From contig JAGCZS010000003.1 of assembly GCA_017959905.1 (NCBI GenBank), positions 20,130 through 84,129 on the forward strand: 64,000 bases of DNA. Reading direction: 5' to 3'. Made by a program: the position numbers and the translations under genes. The DNA comes from Bacilli bacterium. Its GTDB lineage: Bacteria; Bacillota_I; Bacilli_A; RFN20; CAG-826. This document shows positions 29,210 to 39,203 of this stretch, piece by piece. The notes beneath the pieces are model-generated. The model ran no database searches. It was not told where the DNA came from and was given only the letters and a program-made list of their open reading frames with translations. Position 1 is the first letter of the stretch. Each line of letters begins with the position of its first letter.

Positions 29210-30148
29210 TTAAAAAATTTTTTTAATCGCCCTTAATTTAGCACTTTTAGCACTATGATTATTTTGTATTTCTTTAATATTTGGTGTAATAACACGTTTG
29301 GTTAATAACATATATTCAAATACTTTTTTTGCTGTTTTTCTTTGATCGTCGTTTCGATCGCCAAAACAACGTGTACAATTATTAAAAAAATATTTAACTA
29401 TACGGTCTTCTAAACTATGAAAAGAAATTACTGCTAAAACACCATTTTTATTCAAAAAATTTAATAATTTCGGCAATGTATTATATAAAATATTCAATTC
29501 ATCATTAACTTCTATTCTGATCGCTTGAAAAACTTTTTTCGCTGGGTGTTTGTTTATTTTTCGAAATATTTTACTTTTTTTAATAATATTTACTAATTCA
29601 AAAGTGGTATTAATATGCTTTTTACTACGGATTTTTACTATATTTTTGGCTATTTTATATGCATCTTCTTCGTCGGCGTTCTTAATAAAAATCTCTCTTA
29701 ATTGACGTTCAGAATAATTATTAACAATAAATTCAGCTGTTTTTAAATTATCATTATTTTGATCCATACGCATATCTAATTTGCTGTCGATATTATAAGA
29801 AAATCCTCTGGAGCCGTTTAATTGAATTTGCGAAACGCCTAAATCCATTAAAATTCCATCAACTTTGGTTATTTTTCTTTTTAATAATTCACTCTCAAAA
29901 TCATTATAATTACTATGAATAATTTCGTAATTTTTAGATATTTTGCTTAAGATTTTTTCGCTTGCTTTAATTGCCTGATCGTCGACATCAAAAGCAAATA
30001 ATTTTCCTTGACCGTTTTTAATAATTTTTAAGATTTCCGAAGAATGCCCACCATTACCAAGCGTTAAATCTAAATAAACTCCATTTTTTTGTATATTTAA
30101 TATATTAATCGCTTCATTTGTTAAAACAGAAATGTGTTTTTGATTCAT
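29210..30148 (-). CDS. rsmH: 16S rRNA (cytosine1402-N4)-methyltransferase RsmH
   Basis: HISVL..E......G.YLDLTLGNGGHS...DGILMDLGVSQIQL...RGFSY...LAVISFHSLEDRIVK is the MraW/RsmH signature. Confidence 0.93.
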   Translation of the reverse strand: MNQKHISVLTNEAINILNIQKNGVYLDLTLGNGGHSSEILKIIKNGQGKLFAFDVDDQAIKASEKILSKISKNYEIIHSNYNDFESELLKRKITKVDGILMDLGVSQIQLNGSRGFSYNIDSKLDMRMDQNNDNLKTAEFIVNNYSERQLREIFIKNADEEDAYKIAKNIVKIRSKKHINTTFELVNIIKKSKIFRKINKHPAKKVFQAIRIEVNDELNILYNTLPKLLNFLNKNGVLAVISFHSLEDRIVKYFFNNCTRCFGDRNDDQRKTAKKVFEYMLLTKRVITPNIKEIQNNHSAKSAKLRAIKKIF

Positions 30149-30150
30149 TT

Positions 30151-32550
30151 TTATTCGCGAAGAAAAATATTTTTTTTACTTAGACTATCAATTATATTTT
30201 TCATAAAATCATTAACTTCATCATTAGTTAATGTTTTTGCATCGTCTAAAAAAATTATATTAAAAGCAATCGATTTTTTATCTTTGAAATCTTTACCTTC
30301 GTATACATCAAAAACTTCAACGTTCTTTATAAAATTGCCACCAGATTTTTTTATAATATTGACAACTTCTGTGCTAGACATATTTTTGTCTACTAATAAA
30401 CACAAATCTCTTTCAACAAATCTAGAATTTGGTATTTTTTTAAATTTAATTTCAGAATTTTCAGCTAAAGAAAAAATATTTCCAAGATTAAGTTCCATAA
30501 CAAATGTTTTTTCTTTGATTCCATATTTAATACTAATATCCTGGTGTATTTCACCAAAATATCCTATTAAATTGCCATCTAAAAAAATGCCAGCGTGCTT
30601 TCCTGGATGCAATTCATTTTTAGTTATATTTAATTTATTTAAAAAAAACTTATTTTTGTCAATATTTAAAATGTCACATATGGAATTAAAAATACCTTTT
30701 AAATAAAAATTAGAATATGGTATTTTAAGCATTTTCCCTCGTAACATATTATATCCAGTTAAAACGACCGACAGAAAAAGTTTTTCTCCTTCGTGCGTAT
30801 TAATATTACTTATTTCAAAAATACCAAAATTGTTATTTTGTTTTATAAGATTATCGCTAACTATTTTTAACAATGACGGAATTAAACTTTTTCTTATACA
30901 TGATCGTTCGTTAATGATTGGATTAATTATTTTATATTTTTGTTCATTTAATAGTAAAAAATCAAACAATTCACTATCTTCTTCACTAACTAAAACATAA
31001 GTTAAAACTTCATACAAAAAAGCATGCAAATGATTTTTTATTTTTTTTATATTGTCTTCTTTTTGACTTAAATTATTTAAAGACATATTTATTTTTGGTA
31101 ATTCGTTTTTAATAGATTCAAAACCTAAAAAACGTAAAATTTCTTCGGCAACATCATTTATATTTTGAATGTCACTACGTTTTTCATCACAATAAACTAT
31201 AAATAAATCTTTTTTTACTTTTTGCACACTTGAAAAACATCTTTTTAACGTTGCAAAAATAACATTTGATTTATATTTTGTGTTTAAAATGCTATTAATT
31301 TTCTGAACACTAATAGAAATTTTGTTTTTCTTTTTTCTAGAAATTTGGTTTTTATCAATTTTTAAAACATCACTCACTAAACAGTTGTCATTGTCTTTTT
31401 TAATTAAAGCGGCGAGAATTTTTATCGCTTTTTCATAATAAAAAGAGTTATCTATGCCTTGAATAAAACGCTTTGAAGATTCAGTTAATAAGTTTAAACG
31501 CAAAGATGTTCGACGAATAGCTAAAATATCAAAATTACCTACTTCAATAACAATGTTTTTCGTTTTTGTTGTGCATGAATAATCCAAAGAACCAATTATG
31601 CCACTTAAACAAATGATTTTATTATTAGAACTAGCGACAATATCATTGTTATTCAATAAATATTTTTTATTGTTTAAAGCTAAAAAATCACAATTACTTT
31701 TATTATTTTCAATAATTATTTCTTTTGAAGAAAATTTATCATAATCATAAATATGGATTGGACATCCAGTTAGTAACATAACATAATTAGCATAATCAAC
31801 TACATTATTTACTGGCTGCATGCCAAAAGAAAATAGTATTTTTTTTATTTCTTCGGAAGACTCGCTAACAATTACATTTTTAACAATGCAAATAGCAATT
31901 AAACTACATTTATCGCTTGTATTCTTCAATATAAAATCATTATTTATGATTGTTTTTATTTGTGGAATTTTTAAATTTTTAAATTTTTTTTTAAATAATT
32001 TAGATAACTCTTCGGCAAAATTTAATATTGACATTAAGTCTGGTCTGTTGTAAGGTAATTTTACATTAAAGATAATGTCGGCAAAACCAAGTTTTTTTAA
32101 AATATTTTCCTCGCCAATACTTATTTTTTTATCAACTTCATAAATACAATTTTTATCTTTAACAAATTGTTTGTCTATTCCTAATTCTTCTAAAGAACAA
32201 CACATTCCACACGATTTATGGCCTTTAATTGTCATCTCCTGTATTTCAGCTTTTGGCAATTTAGCGCCAGGTAAGGCAACAATAACTTTAATGCCGTTTC
32301 GCATATTATTGGCACCACAAACAATTTGCTTTACACCGTATTTATCGCCTAAAAAAATATTACAAACATTTAAATGCGTATCTGGTATTTTATTGCAATT
32401 TATAACCTTTCCAACAACTAAATTATTAATATTTGTATCCGTAACATTTTCAATTTCAAAACCAAAAACATCCATTTTTTCGACTAAATCTTTTGGTGAA
32501 AGATTTTTAAAATCAATAAACTTTTTTAAAAAATTAAAAGAAACCAACAT
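30151..32550 (-). CDS. pheT: phenylalanine--tRNA ligase beta subunit
   Basis: 799 aa, with N-terminal MLVSFNFLKKFI..., a tRNA-binding (OB) domain, and B3/4, B5 and C-terminal FDX-ACB-like regions. It lies downstream of pheS. Confidence 0.93.
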   Translation of the reverse strand: MLVSFNFLKKFIDFKNLSPKDLVEKMDVFGFEIENVTDTNINNLVVGKVINCNKIPDTHLNVCNIFLGDKYGVKQIVCGANNMRNGIKVIVALPGAKLPKAEIQEMTIKGHKSCGMCCSLEELGIDKQFVKDKNCIYEVDKKISIGEENILKKLGFADIIFNVKLPYNRPDLMSILNFAEELSKLFKKKFKNLKIPQIKTIINNDFILKNTSDKCSLIAICIVKNVIVSESSEEIKKILFSFGMQPVNNVVDYANYVMLLTGCPIHIYDYDKFSSKEIIIENNKSNCDFLALNNKKYLLNNNDIVASSNNKIICLSGIIGSLDYSCTTKTKNIVIEVGNFDILAIRRTSLRLNLLTESSKRFIQGIDNSFYYEKAIKILAALIKKDNDNCLVSDVLKIDKNQISRKKKNKISISVQKINSILNTKYKSNVIFATLKRCFSSVQKVKKDLFIVYCDEKRSDIQNINDVAEEILRFLGFESIKNELPKINMSLNNLSQKEDNIKKIKNHLHAFLYEVLTYVLVSEEDSELFDFLLLNEQKYKIINPIINERSCIRKSLIPSLLKIVSDNLIKQNNNFGIFEISNINTHEGEKLFLSVVLTGYNMLRGKMLKIPYSNFYLKGIFNSICDILNIDKNKFFLNKLNITKNELHPGKHAGIFLDGNLIGYFGEIHQDISIKYGIKEKTFVMELNLGNIFSLAENSEIKFKKIPNSRFVERDLCLLVDKNMSSTEVVNIIKKSGGNFIKNVEVFDVYEGKDFKDKKSIAFNIIFLDDAKTLTNDEVNDFMKNIIDSLSKKNIFLRE

Positions 32551-32556
32551 TTAAAT

Positions 32557-33591
32557 TTAACCCTTAAAATCTTTTAAAAAACGTATGTCGTTCGTATAAA
32601 ATCGTCTAATATTATCGATGCCATATTTTAAAATAGCAATTCTTTCAATGCCAATACCAAAAGCCAGGCCAGAATAAACTTTACTATTGTATCCATTCAT
32701 TTCTAAAACTTTGGGATTTACAATGCCAGCTCCTAAAACTTCAATATATCCTGTATTTTTACATTTATAACAACCAACGCCGCAACAATTATCACAACTA
32801 ATATCCATTTCAATACTTGGCTCTGTAAAAGGGAAAAATGAATTTCGTAACCGCATTTTTCTATTTTCGCCAAACATCTTTTTCACAAAAATTTCTAAAA
32901 TTGCTTTTAAATTACCTAAATTTATATTTTTATCAATCATTAACCCTTCTATTTGCATAAATTGATGCGAATGGGTTAGATCATCATCGTCTTTTCTAAA
33001 ACATTTACCTGGAGAAATAATTTTCAACGGTTTTCCTTTGGTTTCTTCCATGGCGCGCCCTTGAGCATGGGATGTGTGTGTACACAACAATAATTTTTGA
33101 TCGATATAAAACGTATTTTCCATATCGCGCGAAACATGATTACTAGCAATATTCATTAAAGTAAAATTATAATATTCATCATCAATATCATTACTGTGAT
33201 AAATTTTAAAACCCATGCCAAAAAAAATATCTATTATTTTTTCTCTTATTAAATGAATTGGATTAATTCCTTTTACCGATAAATCAAACGCAGGCAAAGA
33301 AATATCCTCGTTTTCTTTTAATAATTCGGCATTTATAATACTCTTTTTTTGTGCTTCGAAACACTTTTTAACTTCGTCAAAAAAAGAATTTATTTTTAAA
33401 ATGGCGGTTTTTTTATCAACTATACTTTTTGATTTTAAAATATTATTTTTTTTTTGACTTAAAATGCCATTACTAGCAATATACTTGTTATAAATATCTA
33501 AAAGCTCACTTTTATCTTTGGCGTTTAAAATTTTTTTCTGAACATCATCCGATATCGATTTGATTTCTTGAAGTAAATAATCATTATTCAT
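32557..33591 (-). CDS. pheS: phenylalanine--tRNA ligase alpha subunit
   Basis: Class II motifs (FRKDDDDLTHSHQFMQIEG, FPFTEPSIEMD, GAGIVNPKVL, AFGIGIERIAILKYG). The start was trimmed to MNNDYLLQEIK. The 28 codons upstream in the track ORF lie inside the preceding gene. Confidence 0.92.
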   Translation of the reverse strand: MNNDYLLQEIKSISDDVQKKILNAKDKSELLDIYNKYIASNGILSQKKNNILKSKSIVDKKTAILKINSFFDEVKKCFEAQKKSIINAELLKENEDISLPAFDLSVKGINPIHLIREKIIDIFFGMGFKIYHSNDIDDEYYNFTLMNIASNHVSRDMENTFYIDQKLLLCTHTSHAQGRAMEETKGKPLKIISPGKCFRKDDDDLTHSHQFMQIEGLMIDKNINLGNLKAILEIFVKKMFGENRKMRLRNSFFPFTEPSIEMDISCDNCCGVGCYKCKNTGYIEVLGAGIVNPKVLEMNGYNSKVYSGLAFGIGIERIAILKYGIDNIRRFYTNDIRFLKDFKG

Positions 33592-34309
33592 AATTATTGC
33601 TTCGACGTTTAATAATAAGATAATGCAGTATACGATAGAAAAAATATGTGTAATCCATATATATCCTATAAGCAAAATACTGTACTAAAAAATCATTATC
33701 CTCGTTAGAAACAAAACTATTAGATACCTCTGAAATTTGTTTAAAATCATATATTGTTGCAAAAATAAAAGCAAAAGCAAATAAAAAACCAAAGATACTA
33801 TCCAGCATTTTACTATGATAAGAATATCCTATTAAAAACAAAAAAATAGATATTAAAAAGAATATAAAACCTATGAAAAACATTCGCGCAGCAAGTTGGC
33901 CAAAAAAATCTGTTGTTTTTTTATCGATAGTTTTGCTTACAATAAACATCAAAAAAAATAGTACAGTTGTCAACGCAGCAGCCAAAATAACCGTTGATAT
34001 ATCTGCTAAAAAAACGAACATCGATAACAAAAAACCAAAAAAAACACATATTGTCTTAAAAAAAACAAATTCTTTTTTGTTAGCAATAAGAAAAATATTA
34101 TTCGTTATTGATAAAACAATTATTGAAAAAACAGAAAAAATTATTAAAGCAATTCCAACAAACAAATACTTCTTTAATAAAAAAATATTTAAACAACATG
34201 AAACAGACGAAATTAAAATCATAAAAAAAGTATGCAACAAAACATTAGAAAAAAATTTTTTGTTTTTTGTAATTGCATTAACATCGCTTGTATCTATGTT
34301 TATAGACAT
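33584..34309 (-). CDS. Bax inhibitor-1/YccA family membrane protein
   Basis: 241 aa with about 7 TM helices and a C-terminal ...FAYRIYMDYTYFFYRILHYLI resembling the BI-1 LYLDFINLF..LL tail. The call is moderate. Confidence 0.5.
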   Translation of the reverse strand: MSINIDTSDVNAITKNKKFFSNVLLHTFFMILISSVSCCLNIFLLKKYLFVGIALIIFSVFSIIVLSITNNIFLIANKKEFVFFKTICVFFGFLLSMFVFLADISTVILAAALTTVLFFLMFIVSKTIDKKTTDFFGQLAARMFFIGFIFFLISIFLFLIGYSYHSKMLDSIFGFLFAFAFIFATIYDFKQISEVSNSFVSNEDNDFLVQYFAYRIYMDYTYFFYRILHYLIIKRRSNNYE

Positions 34310-34370
34310 AAAACTCCTTTAATTTTTTTATTAAATTAACCAGACATTTATTTAAAAATGCAGCACAAAA

Positions 34371-35132
34371 TTATTTTAACATATTAAAAAAGATTTTTTT
34401 AAATTCGCTTAATTTTAAAGATGCGCTGCCAATTAAAAAACCGTCTATATCAAAAAAATTTAAATATTCATTAGCGTTTTTAGAGTTCACACTTCCACCA
34501 TAAATAATGAAAATTTTTTTTGATACTTCTTCTCCAAATATTTCTTTAATAATTTTTCTAATAAAAATACAAATTTTATTGGCCTCTTTAGCTTCCATAT
34601 TATTACCACTTCCTATTGACCAAATCGGTTCATAAGCGATTATAATTTTTTCAGCGTCCTTTTTTGCAATATCATTTAAACCTTCGCATATTTGTTTTTT
34701 AATAAAATCGCACGTTTTCTGTTTTTTATATATTTCTAATGGTTCGCCACAACAATAAATAGGAATCATATTCATGGAAAGTAATTTTTTTATTTTTAAA
34801 TTACTTGTTAAATTATTCTCGTTATAATAATTACGCCTTTCAGAATGACCAATTATTGAATAATTAACCCCTATACTTTTCAACATTTCAGCTGAAATTT
34901 CTCCGGTATATGCACCGCTATCTAAAAAATGAACATTTTGACTTATAACCAATATTTTTTCACCTGCTATCTTACAAACATCAAATAACGATAAAAATGT
35001 CGGAGCTACACCTACAAGAACTTTATTATTTTTGTTTTTTTTAATTACATCTAGAATATTTTTTACAAATTTAACGGATTCTTCGTTATTTTTATGCATT
35101 TTCCAATTGGCAAATAGTAATTTTCTACGCAT
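34371..35132 (-). CDS. tpiA: triosephosphate isomerase
   Basis: FANWKMH, IIGHSERR, AYEPIWSIGSG and YGGSV motifs. Confidence 0.95.
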   Translation of the reverse strand: MRRKLLFANWKMHKNNEESVKFVKNILDVIKKNKNNKVLVGVAPTFLSLFDVCKIAGEKILVISQNVHFLDSGAYTGEISAEMLKSIGVNYSIIGHSERRNYYNENNLTSNLKIKKLLSMNMIPIYCCGEPLEIYKKQKTCDFIKKQICEGLNDIAKKDAEKIIIAYEPIWSIGSGNNMEAKEANKICIFIRKIIKEIFGEEVSKKIFIIYGGSVNSKNANEYLNFFDIDGFLIGSASLKLSEFKKIFFNMLK

Positions 35133-35138
35133 ATTTTT

Positions 35139-36353
35139 TTAATCTAAATTATCGATACAAGGAAGATGACCGTTATTTTCTATCATTTCCAAAGAAGCGC
35201 CGCCGCCTGTAGATATAAAAGAAAATATATTTTTATAGCCAAATTTTTTAACTGCTGCTGCTGAATCTCCGCCGCCACAAACACTAAAAACATCATTATT
35301 TAAATTGCTAATAGCTTTGCAAATTGCAATAGTACCATCTTGACAACCTTCTTTTTCAAAAACGCCCATTGGGCCATTCCAAAAAATAGTTTTTGCTTTT
35401 GCTATTTCTTTCGCAAATAATTCTTGCGTTTTTATACCGATATCCATTCCAAAATATCCTTCCGGCATAGCATCGACGCTAACATTTTTCTTATCTGTCC
35501 AATTATCAAATTTATCAGTAACAACGATATCTACTGGCAAAACAATTTTATCTCCGGCTTTTTTTAAACATTTTTTCGCATATTCTATTTGGTCGCCTTC
35601 AACTAAATAATTAATTTTATTATTTAAAACGTTTTGAAATGTAAAAGCCATGGCTCCGCCAATTATCACCTTGTCACACTTATCAATGAAAAAATCAATA
35701 ACTTTTATTTTATCGCTAACTTTTAAACCGCCTAAAATAGCTATATATGGCCTATTACTATTATTTATTGAAATACATCTATTTAAATTATTAATTTCTT
35801 TTTCTACTAAATAGCCAATTGCTAAAATCTTTCCGGATTTTTTCATAATTTCAGCAACGCCATAAGTAGAAGCGTGTTTTCGATGGGCGCTACCAAAAGC
35901 GTCCATAACATATATATCAGCTAATGAAGCCCAAAAATTCGATAATTCATAATCATTTTTAGTTTCACCAAGTTCATAACGTGTATTTTGTAATAACAAA
36001 ATTTCTCCATTTTTTAACTCATTTATTTTATTTTTAATCTCTACGCCACAAGCTTGATCAGCAAAAAAAACAACATTTTTCAATAACGATTTTAAATATT
36101 CAAAAACAATAAACATATTGTTTTTTTTCTTTTGCTCATTTATAGTATTTAGATCTTTTTTAAAATCTATTTTTCCTAAATGAGAAAATAAAATTATTTT
36201 CGCCTCTTCTTTTATTAATTTTTTAATTGTTGGTAACGCTTGAATAATTCTATTATCGTCTTCGATTGTTTGATCTTTAATGGGAACATTAAAATCTACT
36301 CTTACTAATATTTTTTTTCCGCTAATATTAGTTAGTTTGTCTAGCGTTAACAT
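35139..36353 (-). CDS. pgk: phosphoglycerate kinase
   Basis: VRVDFNVP, SHLG, DAFGSAHR, WNGPMGVFE and STGGGASLE motifs. Confidence 0.95.
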   Translation of the reverse strand: MLTLDKLTNISGKKILVRVDFNVPIKDQTIEDDNRIIQALPTIKKLIKEEAKIILFSHLGKIDFKKDLNTINEQKKKNNMFIVFEYLKSLLKNVVFFADQACGVEIKNKINELKNGEILLLQNTRYELGETKNDYELSNFWASLADIYVMDAFGSAHRKHASTYGVAEIMKKSGKILAIGYLVEKEINNLNRCISINNSNRPYIAILGGLKVSDKIKVIDFFIDKCDKVIIGGAMAFTFQNVLNNKINYLVEGDQIEYAKKCLKKAGDKIVLPVDIVVTDKFDNWTDKKNVSVDAMPEGYFGMDIGIKTQELFAKEIAKAKTIFWNGPMGVFEKEGCQDGTIAICKAISNLNNDVFSVCGGGDSAAAVKKFGYKNIFSFISTGGGASLEMIENNGHLPCIDNLD

Positions 36354-37384
36354 TATTCTATTTTAAGAATTTTAGCCATTTTTTCAGCTAAACGAATAAA
36401 TTGACAAGTATAACTATATTCATTATCGTACCATGAAGTAATTTTAACCATTTGCATACCTTCTGGTGTATCAAAAACTGTTGTTTGTGTTGCGTCAAAA
36501 ATAGAACCGCTAGTATTGCCGATTATATCGCTGGAAACTATTTCGTCGCTATTATATGATAAAACTTCTTTTAACTCATTTTCGCTAGCGTGTTTCATTG
36601 CATCGTTAATTTCGTGAACTGTTGTTTTTTTGTTTAAAAAAAGCGATAAAACAACCAGCGAACCGTCAGCTACCGGAACACGCAATGCATCTCCTTTTAA
36701 TTTTCCTTCTAATTCAGGAATAACTAAATGTATTGCTTTTGCCGCTCCTGTAGTTGTTGGAACGATATTACTTGCTGCTGCCCTACCTCTTCTTAAATCT
36801 TTTTTGGCTAAATCCAATGTAGTTTGATCATTTGTAAAAGCATGCACTGTCAACATATATCCAGCCTTAATTCCAAAATTATCACATAGCACTTTGCAAA
36901 TAGGTGCTAAACAATTAGTTGTACAACTAGCGCCAGAAATAATTTTTTGATCTGAAGTTAAATTATCAGTATTAACACCATAAACATATGTCGGAGTTTC
37001 TTTATCGCTCGGTGCAGATATAATAACTGCTTTAGCCCCGTTATCAATATGAACTTGAGCGTCGTTTTTTCCTTTAAAACGGCCTGTACATTCTAAAACA
37101 ATATCAACTCCATAATTTCCCCACTTTAAATCATGCGGATCTTTTTGACCTAAAACAGGAATTTCTTTATTTTTATATATTAAAACATTTTTATTTTCGT
37201 CATAACTAATATCATCTTTTTCCCATGACTTATGCACGGAATCATATTTTAATAAATAGGCTAACGTTTTTGCATTAAATAAATCGTTAATCGCCACAAC
37301 TTCAAATTTTCCGCTTTCATATGCTCTTCTAAAAGCTAATCGGCCTATTCGACCAAAACCATTAATTGCTATTTTTATCATCAA
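36353..37384 (-). CDS. gap: type I glyceraldehyde-3-phosphate dehydrogenase
   Basis: INGFGRIGR, the active site SGASCTTNCLAP, and WYDNEYSY. Confidence 0.95.
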   Translation of the reverse strand: MMIKIAINGFGRIGRLAFRRAYESGKFEVVAINDLFNAKTLAYLLKYDSVHKSWEKDDISYDENKNVLIYKNKEIPVLGQKDPHDLKWGNYGVDIVLECTGRFKGKNDAQVHIDNGAKAVIISAPSDKETPTYVYGVNTDNLTSDQKIISGASCTTNCLAPICKVLCDNFGIKAGYMLTVHAFTNDQTTLDLAKKDLRRGRAAASNIVPTTTGAAKAIHLVIPELEGKLKGDALRVPVADGSLVVLSLFLNKKTTVHEINDAMKHASENELKEVLSYNSDEIVSSDIIGNTSGSIFDATQTTVFDTPEGMQMVKITSWYDNEYSYTCQFIRLAEKMAKILKIE

Positions 37385-37408
37385 TACTCTCCTTATATTT
37401 ATTATTTT

Positions 37409-38800
37409 CTAATCCAGCAAAAATGTTCTATACAACAAATAAGTTTCATATAAATCTGCTTTTGATATTACTTCCATTGGTGCGTGCATATTAAAAACAG
37501 GTATTCCGGCGTCGATAACATTCATATTATAATTAGCAAAAATATACGCAATTGTGCCGCCGCCGCCAATATCAACACAGCCTAACTCATTGCTTTGATA
37601 ATAAATATCCTTTTTGTCTAATTTATTTCTCAAAAAAGCTATATATTCAGGATTGGCATCATTGGCTCCAAATTTACCTTTATGACCGGTGTATTTATTA
37701 AAACACGGTCCGTACCCTAAACGAGCCATGTTATTTTTGGAACTAACTTCTTTAAATAACGGATCATCTGCAGCAGTAACGTCGCTCGACAACATTATTG
37801 AATTTTCTAAACATATTCTTAAATTATAAAAAATGTCGCCTTGTTGCTTGTTTTTCTTTAAATATAAATCAATTAAACGACATATAGTATTCTCAACAAA
37901 ATAAGATTGAGCGCTTGTGGCGCCTTCGCTACCGATTTCTTCTTTGTCAACAAAAATTGCACATAAGGTGTCTTCTAGCGGAGCGCTAATATTCAAAAAA
38001 GCTTCTAAACTGGAAAAAGCACAACATCTATCATCATGCCCATAACTGGCTATCATACTTCTATCAATGCCAAAATCCCTAGCTTCAAATGCTGGAACTG
38101 CTTCGATTTCGGCGCTAGTAAAATCTTCTTTGGAAATGCCATATTTTTCTTCTAAAATTTTAATAACATGTTTTTCAATGGCACTATCTTTTTCATTGCT
38201 TAACGGAATACTTGCAAATGTTATATCAAGTTTTTCGCCGTCAATCGCTTTACTTAATGGTTTTTCCATTTGTGTACTAGATAAATGAATTAATAAATCA
38301 TTAACGCCAAAAATAGGATCTTTTTTATCTAAACCAATATTTATATTTACTACTTCGCCATTTTTTTTGCATACAACACCAACTAATGCTAATGGTATTG
38401 CTGTCCATTGATATTTTTTAACTCCGCCATAATAATGTGTATCTAATAAAACTACATCACCATCTTCATAAATAGGATTTTGTTTTAAATCTAAACGCGG
38501 TGAATCAATATGCGAACATAGTATTCGCAAATTATTAAACATTTTTTTTCCGATAATAAAAGCAATTACGTTTTTGTTTTTGTTAACTGCATATAGCTTA
38601 TCGCCTACGTTAATCAACTTAACATCACTAATTTTTTTAAAACCATCTTTTATCAATGCTTTTTCTATTTCGCTGGCGGCTAATCTTTCAGTTTTTGAAT
38701 TATTTAAAAATGTTTTATATTTATCTGCAAAATCATCTAGTATATTTCTATTTTGCAAATATTTATTCCAAACATTCTTGTTATATTTATATTCAGCCAT
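37409..38800 (-). CDS. M18-family aminopeptidase
   Basis: CSHIDSPRLDLK, HYYGGVKKYQW, VDKEEIGSEGATSAQS, DIGGGGTIA and MHAPMEV match the aspartyl-aminopeptidase/M18 fold as I remember it. Confidence 0.8.
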   Translation of the reverse strand: MAEYKYNKNVWNKYLQNRNILDDFADKYKTFLNNSKTERLAASEIEKALIKDGFKKISDVKLINVGDKLYAVNKNKNVIAFIIGKKMFNNLRILCSHIDSPRLDLKQNPIYEDGDVVLLDTHYYGGVKKYQWTAIPLALVGVVCKKNGEVVNINIGLDKKDPIFGVNDLLIHLSSTQMEKPLSKAIDGEKLDITFASIPLSNEKDSAIEKHVIKILEEKYGISKEDFTSAEIEAVPAFEARDFGIDRSMIASYGHDDRCCAFSSLEAFLNISAPLEDTLCAIFVDKEEIGSEGATSAQSYFVENTICRLIDLYLKKNKQQGDIFYNLRICLENSIMLSSDVTAADDPLFKEVSSKNNMARLGYGPCFNKYTGHKGKFGANDANPEYIAFLRNKLDKKDIYYQSNELGCVDIGGGGTIAYIFANYNMNVIDAGIPVFNMHAPMEVISKADLYETYLLYRTFLLD

Positions 38801-39129
38801 ATTTTCTCCTCGTTCTTATCCATTATTCCCAATATACGCAAATCTTAATTCCAAATTACTAAATTGATTTACGCAAATATATAATAATTATATTACATAT
38901 ACCACTATCAATAGATTTATAAAAATTGTGTTTTCTAGTTAAAAACCATTAAAATAGGCTAAAACTTGTTTATAGCAAGTTACTATATTTAATTTTTTTA
39001 AAATTGTCTTTAAGCAACAAATTTATTTAACAATCTACATTAATAAATTCACACTCACTTTTAAAAAATCTAAACCTATATTTTTATTAAATTTAAAAAT
39101 TAACTATTTTTTAAAATACTTTAAAAAAT

Positions 39130-39203
39130 TGGTGGAGCAAACGAGAATCGAACTCGTATTTCTTTCATGCCATAAAAGCATTCTGCCATTGAATTATTAC
39201 CCC
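39130..39203 (-). tRNA. tRNA-Ala (anticodon GGC)
   Basis: Hand-folded 74-nt cloverleaf GGGGTAA-TA-ATTC-AATGGCA-GAAT-G-CTTTT-ATGGCAT-GAAAG-AAAT-ACGAG-TTCGATT-CTCGT-TTGCTCC-A-CCA. It has the G3:U70 and A73 alanine identity elements, U8, G18G19 and a TTCGATT T-loop. The A32/U38 anticodon loop ATGGCAT is the same as I recall for E. coli tRNA-Ala(GGC). Confidence 0.85.

Noticed and set aside
33592-33675. N-terminal 28-codon extension of the pheS ORF (MLIGYIWITHIFSIVYCIILLLNVEAII).
   Set aside because: It lies entirely inside the 3' end of the upstream BI-1-like gene. PheS homology starts at the internal MNNDYLL, so I used 33591 as the start.
38955-39000. Hairpin AACTTG-tttatag-CAAGTT followed by a T-rich run, as a candidate terminator between the aminopeptidase and tRNA-Ala.
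   Set aside because: The stem is short and AT-rich. The U-tract is on the plus strand, where no gene ends, and on the minus strand (downstream of the tRNA) there is no U-tract.
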